Notes under the pieces: generated by a model
Database searches by the model: none
What the model saw: only the letters and a program-made list of their open reading frames with translations
What the model was told of the DNA's origin: nothing
Assembly (NCBI GenBank): GCA_965203905.1
Contig: CBDBDQ010000005.1
Location: 4,640,001-4,704,000 of the forward strand
Length of the DNA: 64,000 nt
DNA from: Spirochaetia bacterium
Lineage (GTDB): Bacteria; Spirochaetota; Spirochaetia; SZUA-6; Bin103
Direction: 5' to 3'
Shown: in pieces, positions 29,180 through 38,336 of the stretch
Position numbering within the stretch: the first letter of the stretch is position 1
Layout: each line of letters begins with the position of its first letter
Made by a program: the position numbers and the translations under genes

Positions 29180-30794
29180 GGTCGTCGACCAGCTTGGCGG
29201 GTGAGCCGCGGGGCAGCAAGCGCGCCTCGGGACGGTGCCAGGGCAGGAACCGCTCGTAGTCTTCAGGCACGCGAGCGCCGGCGACCGCACAGGCGCTCAG
29301 GTACTCGGTCAGCCAAGTACGCGGGTTGATCTGCCATCGTTCGAGGGTGTGGAACAGGCTGAACAGCGCCGCGCTCAACTCACCGCTCCACTGCGCCCCC
29401 GAGCCGTAGTAGTTCTTGCGCCCCACCACCGGGCCGCGCAGCGCACGCTCGGCTTGATTATTGTCCAGCGGCAAGTCGGGATCCTCGACGAACCGCGTCA
29501 GCCCCTGCCAGTGGTTGCGCATGCTGCGCAGCACCTTCGCACACGCTGCCGCCAGCTTCGGCTGCTGCGCCAGTTCGCGCTCTCGTCGCTCTTCCATCGC
29601 CTGCACCACCGCCCGCAACGCCGCATCGGCCGCCGCGTACTGCGCGGGCTCACCACGCACCTCAAGACGCTCGTCGTTCAGGCGATACAGCGTAGCGATG
29701 TCAGCCAGCCACTGCTCGGCCCACTCCTGCTGATCGTCCCGCTCATGGGCTACCGTGATGAAGTCGCGGCGCATGTGCACCCAGCAGAACGACAACTCCA
29801 GCTCGGTATCCTTGGCCAGCCGCTTGTACGAGGAGAAGCGGTCGACGCTCACCACGCCCCCCGTCACGGTCGCAAAATGCTGCTTCGGCACCCGCGCCGA
29901 ACGGGTTGGATCGAGCGTGAATACCACCACCTCGGCACTCCAGAACAGCCACAGACACCAGCGCTGGCAGGTGTCCTCGCTGGCCGCCTCGAACACCTGC
30001 CAGCTGGTCTCGTCAGCATGCCAGTGCTCGCTCGTGCGGCTGCGTTCGATCAGCGCCTCGCGCAGTGGCGCGAACAACGGCGCCAGACGCCGCAGACCGT
30101 CGGTGACGGTGCCTTGGGCAAGATCCAGCCCATGCGTGCGTAGATCCGCGAGCAACCGATGCGTGGGCCGGTACAGCAGATACTTGTCGAGCAGCACCGT
30201 CACCCAGATCGAGATCCCCAGGATGCCGTTCGGGATCAGCCGTGGCGGCGCTGGCGCCGTGAGCACCGCCGCGGCCGCCGTGCACTGGCAGCTGCGGCGG
30301 TAGCGCCGCCGCTTGATCACCCGCCGGTAGGCGCGCACCTCGACTTCCAACTGCTCGGAATCCTCGCTGCCGTGCGAATGATACTCAGCGCCGCAGGCCG
30401 CGCAGCGGCGCCGGTCCGGGGCAACGTCGTGTGCTTCAACCTGTACCGGCAGGTGTGCGTGCCGGCGCCGACCATGGCTTGGCGCCCCGGGTTGCTGACC
30501 GCGGCGCCGCGGTGGCGCGGCGGTTGCCTCAGGAGCGCCGCCACTCCTGGTTCGCTTCTCGCTGCCGCGGCGCCGTGCCCAGCGTTCCCGCAGGCGCTGG
30601 CGCAGTTCCTTGAGCTTGGCCCGTGCCGCTTGCAGTTTCTGTTTCAGCCGTTGCTCGCGCGCTACCGCCTTGCCGTGCATCCTGCGGTAATAGCGCGCCT
30701 GTCGTCGCAGCTCTACTACCTCGCACCGCAACTCGTCCATCTGGCTCTGGCACGCCGCCGTGCAGCCACTCGTTTTCCGCCAGAACCCTCCCAC
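29169..30794 (-). CDS. IS66 transposase TnpC
   Basis: Coiled coil, CAACG zinc finger, HADET, SVDRFSSY, CWVHMRR, DNNQAERALR..VVGRKN; alternative start 30740. Confidence 0.93.
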   Translation of the reverse strand: MGGFWRKTSGCTAACQSQMDELRCEVVELRRQARYYRRMHGKAVAREQRLKQKLQAARAKLKELRQRLRERWARRRGSEKRTRSGGAPEATAAPPRRRGQQPGAPSHGRRRHAHLPVQVEAHDVAPDRRRCAACGAEYHSHGSEDSEQLEVEVRAYRRVIKRRRYRRSCQCTAAAAVLTAPAPPRLIPNGILGISIWVTVLLDKYLLYRPTHRLLADLRTHGLDLAQGTVTDGLRRLAPLFAPLREALIERSRTSEHWHADETSWQVFEAASEDTCQRWCLWLFWSAEVVVFTLDPTRSARVPKQHFATVTGGVVSVDRFSSYKRLAKDTELELSFCWVHMRRDFITVAHERDDQQEWAEQWLADIATLYRLNDERLEVRGEPAQYAAADAALRAVVQAMEERRERELAQQPKLAAACAKVLRSMRNHWQGLTRFVEDPDLPLDNNQAERALRGPVVGRKNYYGSGAQWSGELSAALFSLFHTLERWQINPRTWLTEYLSACAVAGARVPEDYERFLPWHRPEARLLPRGSPAKLVDDRAA

Positions 30795-30902
30795 ACCTCA
30801 TTCGTAGCACACCGGTCCGGATGTGTCCAGCGGTCCCACACCGGTAGACCGAATGTTTACCTCCGAGATCTGTCATTTCTCAGCCATGCTTATATTTACG
30901 CC

Positions 30903-32279
30903 ATGGCTACCGCGACCGCTCCCGGCTTCTCCTCCTCGCTCTCCGGGCTCCCCGACCAGGTGCTGCTGGCGCATACCAGGTCGCTCGTCCTGCACGAGCA
31001 GGCACTGCAGCTCGCCGTCCTCGACCACTTGCGCGAGATCCACGCCCGCCACCTCCACCTGCGCCTCGGGTTCTCCAGCCTGTTCGACTACGCCGTGCGC
31101 GAGCTGGGCTATAGCGAGGGTGCCGCCTGGCGCCGTATCAAAGCCATGCGCCTGTGCTCCGATACCGCCGGGACCCGCGAGCGGCTGCAGGACGGCTCGC
31201 TCTCCCTGAGCGCCGCGGCGCAGTTGCAGAACACCTTCGATCTCCTGCAGCGCACGGCGACCACCGCCGCGGACCCCGGCTCGCCACCCGCGGCACCGGA
31301 GCTGCTGCCGCTCGGCACGGGTCCGGCGCCGGAGGCGGGGGCTTCCGGGACCGGGGCAGCGGCGGCAGCGCGACCGCTGCCGGCGCTGGACGCGGCGCAG
31401 CGGCAGGAGCTGGTGGCGCAGGCGAGCGGCAAGAGCACCCGCGAGGTGAAGCAGTTGTTGGCCGGGGTGGCTCCCGAGCTGGCGCGGCCGGCCGATCGCA
31501 TGCGGGCGCTGGGCGAGGGCCGCTGGGAGCTGAAGGTGGTGATCGACTCTGCCTGTCAGTGCGGGATCGAGCAGCTACGAGCACTGCTGTCGCACGTGGA
31601 CCCGCACCTGACGCTGGGACAGCTGGTGGAGCGGCTGGTGCAGGACGGCCCGCAGCGCTACGACCCCGGGCGACCGCCGCGCGGGCGCAGAGGTGGGCAC
31701 CGAGAGGCAAGCGCGGGCCAAGCGCAGGAGCCGACGGCGCAGCAAGGGCCGGCAGGCGGGGCAACTTCGCCGGCGAAGTGGGGCGCGCAAGAGCAACCCG
31801 GAGTGCCACCGACGCCGGAGGGCACGAGCGCCGGTGGCAGGACCCCGGCGCCGGCAGCGCTGTCCGTAGAGGAACCCGCGTGCGGGATTGGCCGTGCCGA
31901 CACCTCGGCGGTGGCAGCGCTGTCCGCGCCGCCGTCGGGGCGCGAGACTTGCGGCGGCAGCACGCCGGTGAGTGCCAAGCCAGCGGCGGCAGCGCCCGGC
32001 ACTGCTCCTTCGGCGGCGAAGTTGGTGGCCGATCGTGGGTCCCACGCCACCGTACCGACGCCGCCGGCAGACCAGAGCATGCCGACCGCACTGGCAGCGG
32101 CGGATGGCGGTCGCAGCGCTCCTTCGCCAGCGAAGCGGGCAGGGACGGCGCAGCGGGCAGGAGCGCAGCTCGATGGCCGTTCGCGGCCGCAGGCGGCGGC
32201 AGCCGGCCCCTCCGGAGGCAGCGCGCAGCCGTCCCACCGGCCGCGCCGATCCCGCTACATTAGCGTGGGATTGTCCTGA
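30903..32279 (+). pseudogene. DUF222-like HNH endonuclease gene, C-terminal HNH domain lost
   Basis: HLREI..RHLHLRLGFSSLFDYAVRELGYSEGAAWRRI; ends RRSRYI joined directly to TIR. Confidence 0.85.
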
Positions 32280-32296
32280 GCGCCCGTAGCGAGGGG

Positions 32297-32302
32297 TTGA
32301 CA
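32297..32302 (+). promoter_or_regulatory. Perfect -35 box (TTGACA) after copy 1 insertion site
   Basis: TTGACA 9 nt after TSD; weak -10 (CATGTT-like). Confidence 0.55.
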
Positions 32303-32329
32303 CGGCCGGCACGCCGCAGGCATGTTGCC

Positions 32330-32519
32330 GCTGTTCACGAGCACGTTACTGGGCCCGGGCATGGCGTCGTTGGCGGCACCCCGGGTCGGGCATCGCAAGA
32401 TGCCCATGCCGACGAAACTTGATGTTGAGGAGGTAATTGTCAGTTGAGTGAAATACGTGCCGGTGTGAGGTATCACACCGGCTGACCTACCTGGGCCGCC
32501 CTGCGGGGCGGCCCTTTTT
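32330..32519 (+). ncRNA. Candidate structured small RNA (~190 nt)
   Basis: Between TTGACA and terminator; hairpins GGGCAUC-GCAA-GAUGCCC and GCCGGUGUGA-GGUA-UCACACCGGC; no convincing ORF. Confidence 0.35.
32493..32519 (+). terminator. Rho-independent terminator
   Basis: GGGCCGCCC-TGCG-GGGCGGCCC-TTTTT. Confidence 0.85.
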
Positions 32520-32524
32520 GCATC

Positions 32525-32558
32525 GGTCCCGACAGTGCCGCGGTCCCGACAGCGCCGC
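32525..32558. repeat. 17-bp tandem duplication
   Basis: GGTCCCGACAGTGCCGC / GGTCCCGACAGCGCCGC. Confidence 0.7.
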
Positions 32559-32692
32559 GCCCCACCGGTACGGAGAGCCAAGCGCCAGCCGAGCCGTCTC
32601 GGTCCCGCCTTATTCGGGCGTGTCCGGAGGTGGTGAGGTCGAGCCCGCGGCGGCGGCAGCCGAGGGGCGAGGGTCTTCGGCCGGCTCGCGCA

Positions 32693-32881
32693 CTTCAGGA
32701 GAAACGCATCCAGCGCCAGGACGGCGCTGTAGCCGGATCGGGCGAACAGCACGATACGGGTCTCGATCAGACTCGCAGCGCTGACATACGTGGCGGCCGC
32801 CGCCTCGATCATTCGGTTGAACCGGTGCCGTTCCGGTTCATTGCCCATGATCGCTACGAGTGCCGAAGTGTCGACCACCAT
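32693..32881 (-). pseudogene. vapC: VapC PIN toxin, 3' truncated
   Basis: MVVDTSALVAI..EPE...SAASLIE; similarity stops after ~63 aa and the frame runs into unrelated sequence. Confidence 0.75.
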
Positions 32882-33135
32882 CAGGTCGGAAGACCGTGCT
32901 CATCGTAGCCGATGATCTGGTCGGCGCTCCTCCGGTCGCGACGCGGGAGACTGGCGCAATGCAGGGCGATGTGGTCCAGTTCGTCGGCGATACGGCTCCC
33001 GGCTCGGCTTCTCTCCACCTGCGCCAGCCGTTCCTGGATGGCCCGCTTGACCGCCTTGGTGAGAGACTCGCCGGTGAGGCCGGCAAGCCGTTTGGCCAAC
33101 GCGTGGGTATCGTCGTCCTTGATGTTCAACGGCAT
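32881..33135 (-). CDS. vapB: VapB antitoxin (Rv0623-like)
   Basis: LNIKD...LAGLTGESLTKAV..., ends IIGYDEHGLP; TGATG overlap with vapC. Confidence 0.88.
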   Translation of the reverse strand: MPLNIKDDDTHALAKRLAGLTGESLTKAVKRAIQERLAQVERSRAGSRIADELDHIALHCASLPRRDRRSADQIIGYDEHGLPT

Positions 33136-33568
33136 GGTCGGGTTCCTCCACGAATTATGGAGGAATGGAGGATACAATCAACCTTGCCCGGATCCGGATC
33201 GGCTCTGGCTTCCGGGTCGCGCGCAGCCGGTAGATCGGCACTCCACGATGGCTGCCGCCCGCTCGGTCTCCTGGAAATCGCTCGCCACCGCGGTGACGGC
33301 GAGAAAGTAGCGGGTGTAGAACGCCGGTCGCGCGCATCAGGACCGGCCGTCCGGAGAGCAGCGCTGCGGCGCACACGGAGGCCGGCGCGCCATTCAAGAG
33401 GAGCAGGTCGACGTTGCGCTCGCTCCCATAGGGCGGGGGCGGCGGCTCCTTTCACCGGCCGCCCGGCAAAATCCTCCAGCGCATGCACGGTGGCCTCGCC
33501 GATACGGGGGTGGCCATAGCGGCCTACTCGCTCGGGTCTACGAAGTCGACCCAAGCGTCTGCGTGCGG

Positions 33569-33766
33569 TTATAGAACGGTGAACCCCTCAGTTCCGGCTG
33601 CATCCGACAATCTTCCGTCGCTGCAGACCACCTGCAGCAGCTCGGGCGTCTTGTCCCTGGCCGTCAATGCCGCAGCAAGCTGAAGAGCGTCAGCGGCGCG
33701 GAGAGGATGAGAACTCAAGAGATTGACGACCAGGGGAACCAAAGCCGACGAATCCCAATACCGCAT
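33569..33766 (-). pseudogene. vapC: VapC PIN toxin with internal deletion
   Basis: MRYWDSSALVPLVV joined to HPLRAADALQLAAA...CSDGRLSDAA..EGF; central part missing. Confidence 0.75.
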
Positions 33767-33770
33767 CGGT

Positions 33771-34181
33771 TCACCATCCGGTGTCGCGTTCTGTTGCTAT
33801 GAGGCGGCTGGCACTCACCCCGTCTGGCAAACTCGGGTTCGGCGAGGCCAGTAGCGATTCCACATCGCCGGGCGAGGTTGGCGGCTCCACGATTCCCGAC
33901 TGTATGAGTTGTATGACGGCGCGGTAATCTCCTCTCAGATCGATGAAAAATGGCGTGATATGAGCTACCGGTTCTCCCTCATCCGCAATCAATACCGCGC
34001 CGCCGCGCGATTCTCGAGTGTAATCGTTTGCTGCCGTCAAACCTGCCGGTTCAGTGGGCGAATAACTGACAGTTGCTTCCAGAGATCCTGGCTGCTCAGA
34101 TGGCCAAGTAAAGCGTCCACCAAGTGCGCCAGTCAATGCTTCGGCCCGAATCGGACCTGGGACTGCAAGCGGAGCACTCAT
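33771..34181 (-). CDS. Phd/YefM-like antitoxin with atypical N-terminus
   Basis: GGAVLIADEGEPVAHITP, C-terminal LIATERDTGW; directly upstream of vapC. Confidence 0.55.
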   Translation of the reverse strand: MSAPLAVPGPIRAEALTGALGGRFTWPSEQPGSLEATVSYSPTEPAGLTAANDYTRESRGGAVLIADEGEPVAHITPFFIDLRGDYRAVIQLIQSGIVEPPTSPGDVESLLASPNPSLPDGVSASRLIATERDTGW

Positions 34182-34525
34182 TGGCCCAAAGTCGAGAATG
34201 GCTTCGCAGCTCCCGCGGGGCTACTCTCGCCGGCCGCATTCTTCGCGCGCAACTCCATCTCGTATTCCGTATCCGGCTTCAAACCGATGAACGTGCAAGA
34301 GGTAAGCGGTGTCTCAACGCCAACCAGCCATTCTTCAGAGCCCGACTCTCGCACCCGCACCACGTAGGTGATGTGTGGTGTAACGTCCACCTCCAACCAC
34401 TCGCTACGCATCTGTTCCGGAGGCCAAGGCAGGCATATGGCGTAAGAGTTTCCGTTCCAGACCACCGGCGGTTTGGGTCCTTTCACCATGCGAATTCGTT
34501 CTCCTTCGATCCCCCATGCGGACAT
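34178..34525 (-). CDS. Small fibronectin type III domain protein
   Basis: YVVRVRE...W, GLKPDTEYEMELRAKNAAGES; ATGA overlap with next gene. Confidence 0.7.
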   Translation of the reverse strand: MSAWGIEGERIRMVKGPKPPVVWNGNSYAICLPWPPEQMRSEWLEVDVTPHITYVVRVRESGSEEWLVGVETPLTSCTFIGLKPDTEYEMELRAKNAAGESSPAGAAKPFSTLGQ

Positions 34526-34615
34526 GCCTGGTGGCGCTCGCCAGTCAGTGTCAGGGTCCTCAATTTGGGACTGAATCCGAACGTGGAAGTCAAGAAGCGT
34601 TCTGGGGCGGACGGG

Positions 34616-35950
34616 TCAGCCGAGGCCGAGCTGGCGCAGCTTGTTGAACAGGGTGCGGCGGGTAATGCCGAGCTCTTCGGCGGCGCGCGTGCGGTTGCCC
34701 TCCCAGCGCGACAAGGAGGCCTCGATCAGGCGCCGCTCCTGCTCCTTGAGCGTGCCCCGGAGGGCGGCAGGTTCGGGTGCCACGCCCGCCGGCCCGGGCT
34801 GCGCGGCGCCGAGCTCGAGGTCGTCCGGCCCAATGGTGGCGCCCTCGGCGAAGATCACCGCCCGCTCCAGGATGTTCTCCAGCTCGCGCACGTTGCCGGG
34901 GAAGCGGTAGCCGCCCAAGACCTGCAGCGCCGCCGGACTCAGCCCCTCGATCTGGCGGCCCATCGCACGGTTGAGCCGGGTCAGGATGTGTCCGGCCAGC
35001 AACGGAAGATCCTCCAGCCGCTCACGTAACGGTGGAAGGTGGATGCGCACCACATTGAGCCGATAGTAGAGATCCTCGCGAAACCGTCCGGCGGCTACGT
35101 CCTCCTCCAGGTCCCGGTTGGTGGCGGCGACCAGGCGCGCGTCGACCGGCACCGCTGCAGTGCCGCCGAGGCGCTGGATGCGGCGCTCCTGCACCGCGCG
35201 CAGCAGCTTGACCTGGAGCTGCGGCGCCATCTCCCCGATTTCGTCCAGGAACAGGGTGCCGGCGGCGGCCAGCTCGAACATGCCGATCTTGCGCTGCGCA
35301 GCACCGGTGAAGGCGCCGCGCTCGTGGCCGAACAGCTCGCTCTCCAGCAACGCCTCGGGTATGCCCCCGGTGTTCACCGGAACGAAGGGGCCGGTACGGG
35401 CGGAGTGGTGATGCAGGGCACGTGCGGCCACCTCCTTGCCGGTACCGCTCTCGCCGGTGACCAGCACCGTCGACGGGGTCGGCGCGACCTTGCGCAGCAG
35501 GGCCTCGATCCGGACCATGGCGGCACTCTCGCCCAGCACCGGAGGCGCATCACCGGCGGCGCGGCCCGCGGCCTCGGCGTGGTCGCGCAGCGCCTGCGCC
35601 TCCACCAGCTTGGAGAGCCGCAGCACCAGCTCGTCGGGGTCGAACGGCTTCACCAGGTAGTCGCCCGCGCCCAGCTTCATCGCGGCCACGGCGTCCGCCA
35701 CCTCGCCATACGCGGAAACCATGATCACCGGCAGCCGGGGGCGCTCGGCGCGCAACCAGCGCAGCAGCTCCAACCCGTCCATGCCCGGCATCCTGAGATC
35801 GATCACGGCGGCCGCGAAGGTCTCCTGCTGCAGCCGGCGCTGCGCCGCGAGTCCGTTGTCGGCGGTCACCACCTCGGCGCCGTCAAGCTCCAGGTAGCGC
35901 TGCAACGAGTCCCGAATGTTGGGCTCGTCGTCGGCAACCAGCACCCTCAC
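34616..35950 (-). CDS. Sigma54-dependent response regulator (NtrC/ZraR family)
   Basis: Receiver VADDE..DLRMP, GESGTGKE, GAFTGA, C-terminal HTH. Confidence 0.95.
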   Translation of the reverse strand: MRVLVADDEPNIRDSLQRYLELDGAEVVTADNGLAAQRRLQQETFAAAVIDLRMPGMDGLELLRWLRAERPRLPVIMVSAYGEVADAVAAMKLGAGDYLVKPFDPDELVLRLSKLVEAQALRDHAEAAGRAAGDAPPVLGESAAMVRIEALLRKVAPTPSTVLVTGESGTGKEVAARALHHHSARTGPFVPVNTGGIPEALLESELFGHERGAFTGAAQRKIGMFELAAAGTLFLDEIGEMAPQLQVKLLRAVQERRIQRLGGTAAVPVDARLVAATNRDLEEDVAAGRFREDLYYRLNVVRIHLPPLRERLEDLPLLAGHILTRLNRAMGRQIEGLSPAALQVLGGYRFPGNVRELENILERAVIFAEGATIGPDDLELGAAQPGPAGVAPEPAALRGTLKEQERRLIEASLSRWEGNRTRAAEELGITRRTLFNKLRQLGLG

Positions 35951-37188
35951 GCAGAGACCTCGACCTGTGGCAGCGTGACGCGCGCCTCGGTGCCGCCGCC
36001 GATTCGCGGCGCCAGCTCCAGGCTGCCGCCGGCCGCCTCGATGAAGCGCAGGGTGATGGGCAGCCCGATCCCGGATCCCTTCGACTTGGTGGTGAAGAAC
36101 GGATCGAACACGCGCTGAAGCTGTTCGGGCGCAATCCCGCCGCCGCGGTCGAGCACCCTCAGGGTCACCACCTTGCCGGTGGCGGTGGCGATCACCTCCA
36201 CCGGCGCGCCGTCGCCGCCACTCTCCTCGGCGTTGCGGATCAGGTTTCCCAGCGCCGAGCGCAGCCGTTCGCGGTCGAATCGCACCGCCAGGGGCGGCGC
36301 CGCAACCTCCACCAGCAGCCCGGTGTGCCGCTGCGCCAGCTCGGTCAGGAATCCGTTCACCACGACCGTTTCGGGGTTGCCGGCGGGATCGCGCAGGAAG
36401 TCGCTGATCCGGTCCGCGAGCGCCGCCAGGCGGTCCACCTCCTCGTCGATCACCTCCAGCTCCGGTGCCGCCGGCGCCCCGGTCGTGCGCCGCAGGATCG
36501 CGCTCTTGAGGCGGATCGCGCTGAGGGGATTCTTGATCTCGTGGGTGAGGGTACGTGCGGCCTCCCCCAACTGGACGAGCTGGCGCTGGGCGTCCAGCCG
36601 TCGCCGGAAGCGGGCGTTGTTGTGGACCAGCGAGGCGACTCCGCCGACCAGCCCCGCGATCAGCAGCGGGCTGGCGAGCTGGGCGGCCCACCACTGGCGC
36701 TCGGCGCGAAAGTAGTCGCTGGCATCGACCTCCAGCAGGATGAACTCGTTGCGGTCGAGGAAACCGCGCCGGCCGCGTCTTGCGTCGGGCCCGAGACGCG
36801 GGTCCTGCGGCCGCCAGCGGCGGCGGTACAGCGTCAGGCTGCCCCGATCGGGATCATACTCGAATCGATCCTCACCGCGCGCCAGCAACTCCGGATCAAG
36901 CCGCGTCGGTACGTCCCCGATGCGGATCCGCTCGACGCGGCCGGCGGCGTCGTAGGTGGCGGCGCGAATGATCGGCTCGGTAAGGGTGGTGTCCACCTCC
37001 GCGCCCGCCATGGCCTGGGCCACGATCAGGAACAGCCCCGAGGCGATGCGCTCCGCCTCGTACTGGACCAGCAGCTTGTTGCGCTCCCGCTCGCTGTGGA
37101 TGAACACCCCGGTGAGCAGGCTGAGTGCCGCGAATGCGGCGAGGGCAGCACCCGCGCCAATGAGGTTGCCCCGTGTCGCCGGTTTCAT
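35947..37188 (-). CDS. Sensor histidine kinase
   Basis: Two TM, HEIKNPL, NLIRNA, DRGGG, FFTTKSKGSGIGL. Confidence 0.93.
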   Translation of the reverse strand: MKPATRGNLIGAGAALAAFAALSLLTGVFIHSERERNKLLVQYEAERIASGLFLIVAQAMAGAEVDTTLTEPIIRAATYDAAGRVERIRIGDVPTRLDPELLARGEDRFEYDPDRGSLTLYRRRWRPQDPRLGPDARRGRRGFLDRNEFILLEVDASDYFRAERQWWAAQLASPLLIAGLVGGVASLVHNNARFRRRLDAQRQLVQLGEAARTLTHEIKNPLSAIRLKSAILRRTTGAPAAPELEVIDEEVDRLAALADRISDFLRDPAGNPETVVVNGFLTELAQRHTGLLVEVAAPPLAVRFDRERLRSALGNLIRNAEESGGDGAPVEVIATATGKVVTLRVLDRGGGIAPEQLQRVFDPFFTTKSKGSGIGLPITLRFIEAAGGSLELAPRIGGGTEARVTLPQVEVSA

Positions 37189-37435
37189 GGCCGTGGTGGC
37201 GGCACGGTCGTCCCAGCGTCGCGCCGCGGGAGCGCAGGGCAGGTGGCGGAGTGGTGGGATCGCGGCGGATGCGGATGGATCACAGCGCAGATGTTGGCAG
37301 GTTGCCGGTCACACTGCAATCGCAGGCAGCCGAAGTGCTGCCGCCGGTTGCTGTGGCCGCGGCATCGATTCGGGGCGGCGCCGGTGCGCCGCCCCCTTAC
37401 GGTGCAGCCCCGTGGGCTGCGTATGGTGCGCGCCG

Positions 37436-37978
37436 TTACGCGTCGTCGACCCGCGGCGCTACCGACTGCTGCGGTCCGAGTTGCTGCCCGCCATCGCGGC
37501 GGAAGAAGCGCCCGCCGCCGCGTTGGCCGCGGAAGTTGCGCTCGCCCCGGTCCGGGCGGCTGCGCAACTCGCCGAACGTCGCGGCGGCCTTCGAGCCCAG
37601 CGCATCCGGCCCGAACAGTATGCCGAGGTAGGGGTTGCCGTTGATCTGGCCGACGGTTGCGGTCAGGGCAACGCTGTCGTTGCCGCGGCGCACGTGGAAT
37701 TGCAGCGTGTCGTCGACGCCGTTGTCACTGATCGCGGCGAGAAAGTCGGCGCGTCCGGCGATCTCGGCACCGTCCACGCCGACGATCAGGTCGCCGCGCT
37801 GCAGGCCGGCACCAGCGGCCGGGCCGTCCGGATCCACCGATGCCACCAGGACTCCGGTCTCGTTCTCGTTGGTCCAGAGGCCGTGCCAGCTGCGCGCGGC
37901 GGCCGGCAGTGCGATCAGCGCCACGGCGACGAGCGCGGCTCCGGCGATCAGGGATCGTCTGTGCTTGCGGATGTTCAT
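37436..37978 (-). CDS. Secreted PDZ-domain protein with Gly/Arg-rich tail
   Basis: GGAGGA RBS, signal peptide, GVLVASVDPDGPAAGAGLQRGDLIVGVDG. Confidence 0.85.
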   Translation of the reverse strand: MNIRKHRRSLIAGAALVAVALIALPAAARSWHGLWTNENETGVLVASVDPDGPAAGAGLQRGDLIVGVDGAEIAGRADFLAAISDNGVDDTLQFHVRRGNDSVALTATVGQINGNPYLGILFGPDALGSKAAATFGELRSRPDRGERNFRGQRGGGRFFRRDGGQQLGPQQSVAPRVDDA

Positions 37979-38080
37979 GGTATTCCTCCTCCGATGAACG
38001 TTGATGTGGTTGTCGCCGGGGATCCGTGGCAACCGGCTAGCTCGGCAGCCCCGGTATCGCGCGGCGGTTACGGAGGAATA

Positions 38081-38096
38081 AGCAGGAAGCGTGCCA
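38081..38096 (-). promoter_or_regulatory. Sigma54 (-24/-12) promoter
   Basis: TGGCACGCTTCCTGCT, ~100 nt upstream of PDZ gene. Confidence 0.8.
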
Positions 38097-38336
38097 ACCG
38101 CGCCGGACGCCGCTTCTACGCGCTTCCAGCGGCGCTCGTGCGGAATGCGGGCCCGCTCATCGGGGCTGCACGACCGCCGGGGCCGGCAGTCCTTTCCCAC
38201 TTCGCAGTGAGGTTGAGAAACTCTTTCCCGGTCGCGGCCAGCGAGTGGTGAAAGCTCGCCGCCGCACGCTCACCTTCCGGTGGCTTACGGGCCCGGCGCG
38301 CTGGGGGGCTCTCGGACCGGTTGTGGCGCGGGTGCC

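Larger units (their letters stand above)
28270..30860 (-). mobile_element. IS66-family insertion sequence with DUF4338 passenger
   Basis: TIRs GTAAGTATTCGGTCTAC / GTAAACATTCGGTCTAC; 8-bp TSD CTCCGAGA (28262-28269, 30861-30868); absent from the paralogous leader in copy 2. Confidence 0.95.
27874..32278 (+). mobile_element. TIR/TSD-bounded DUF222-like/HNH element, copy 1 (interrupted by IS66; HNH domain deleted)
   Basis: Ends CAGGGCCATCCCATGCT ... AGCGTGGGATTGTCCTG (14/17 inverted); 9-bp direct repeat AGCGCCCGT at 27865-27873 and 32279-32287; homologous to 57227-59395. Confidence 0.85.

Noticed and set aside
32405-32425. GACGAAAC as a hammerhead ribozyme core
   Set aside because: No upstream CUGANGA core segment.
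33190-33560. Possible gene fragments between the two vapBC loci
   Set aside because: No continuous frame or recognisable motif.
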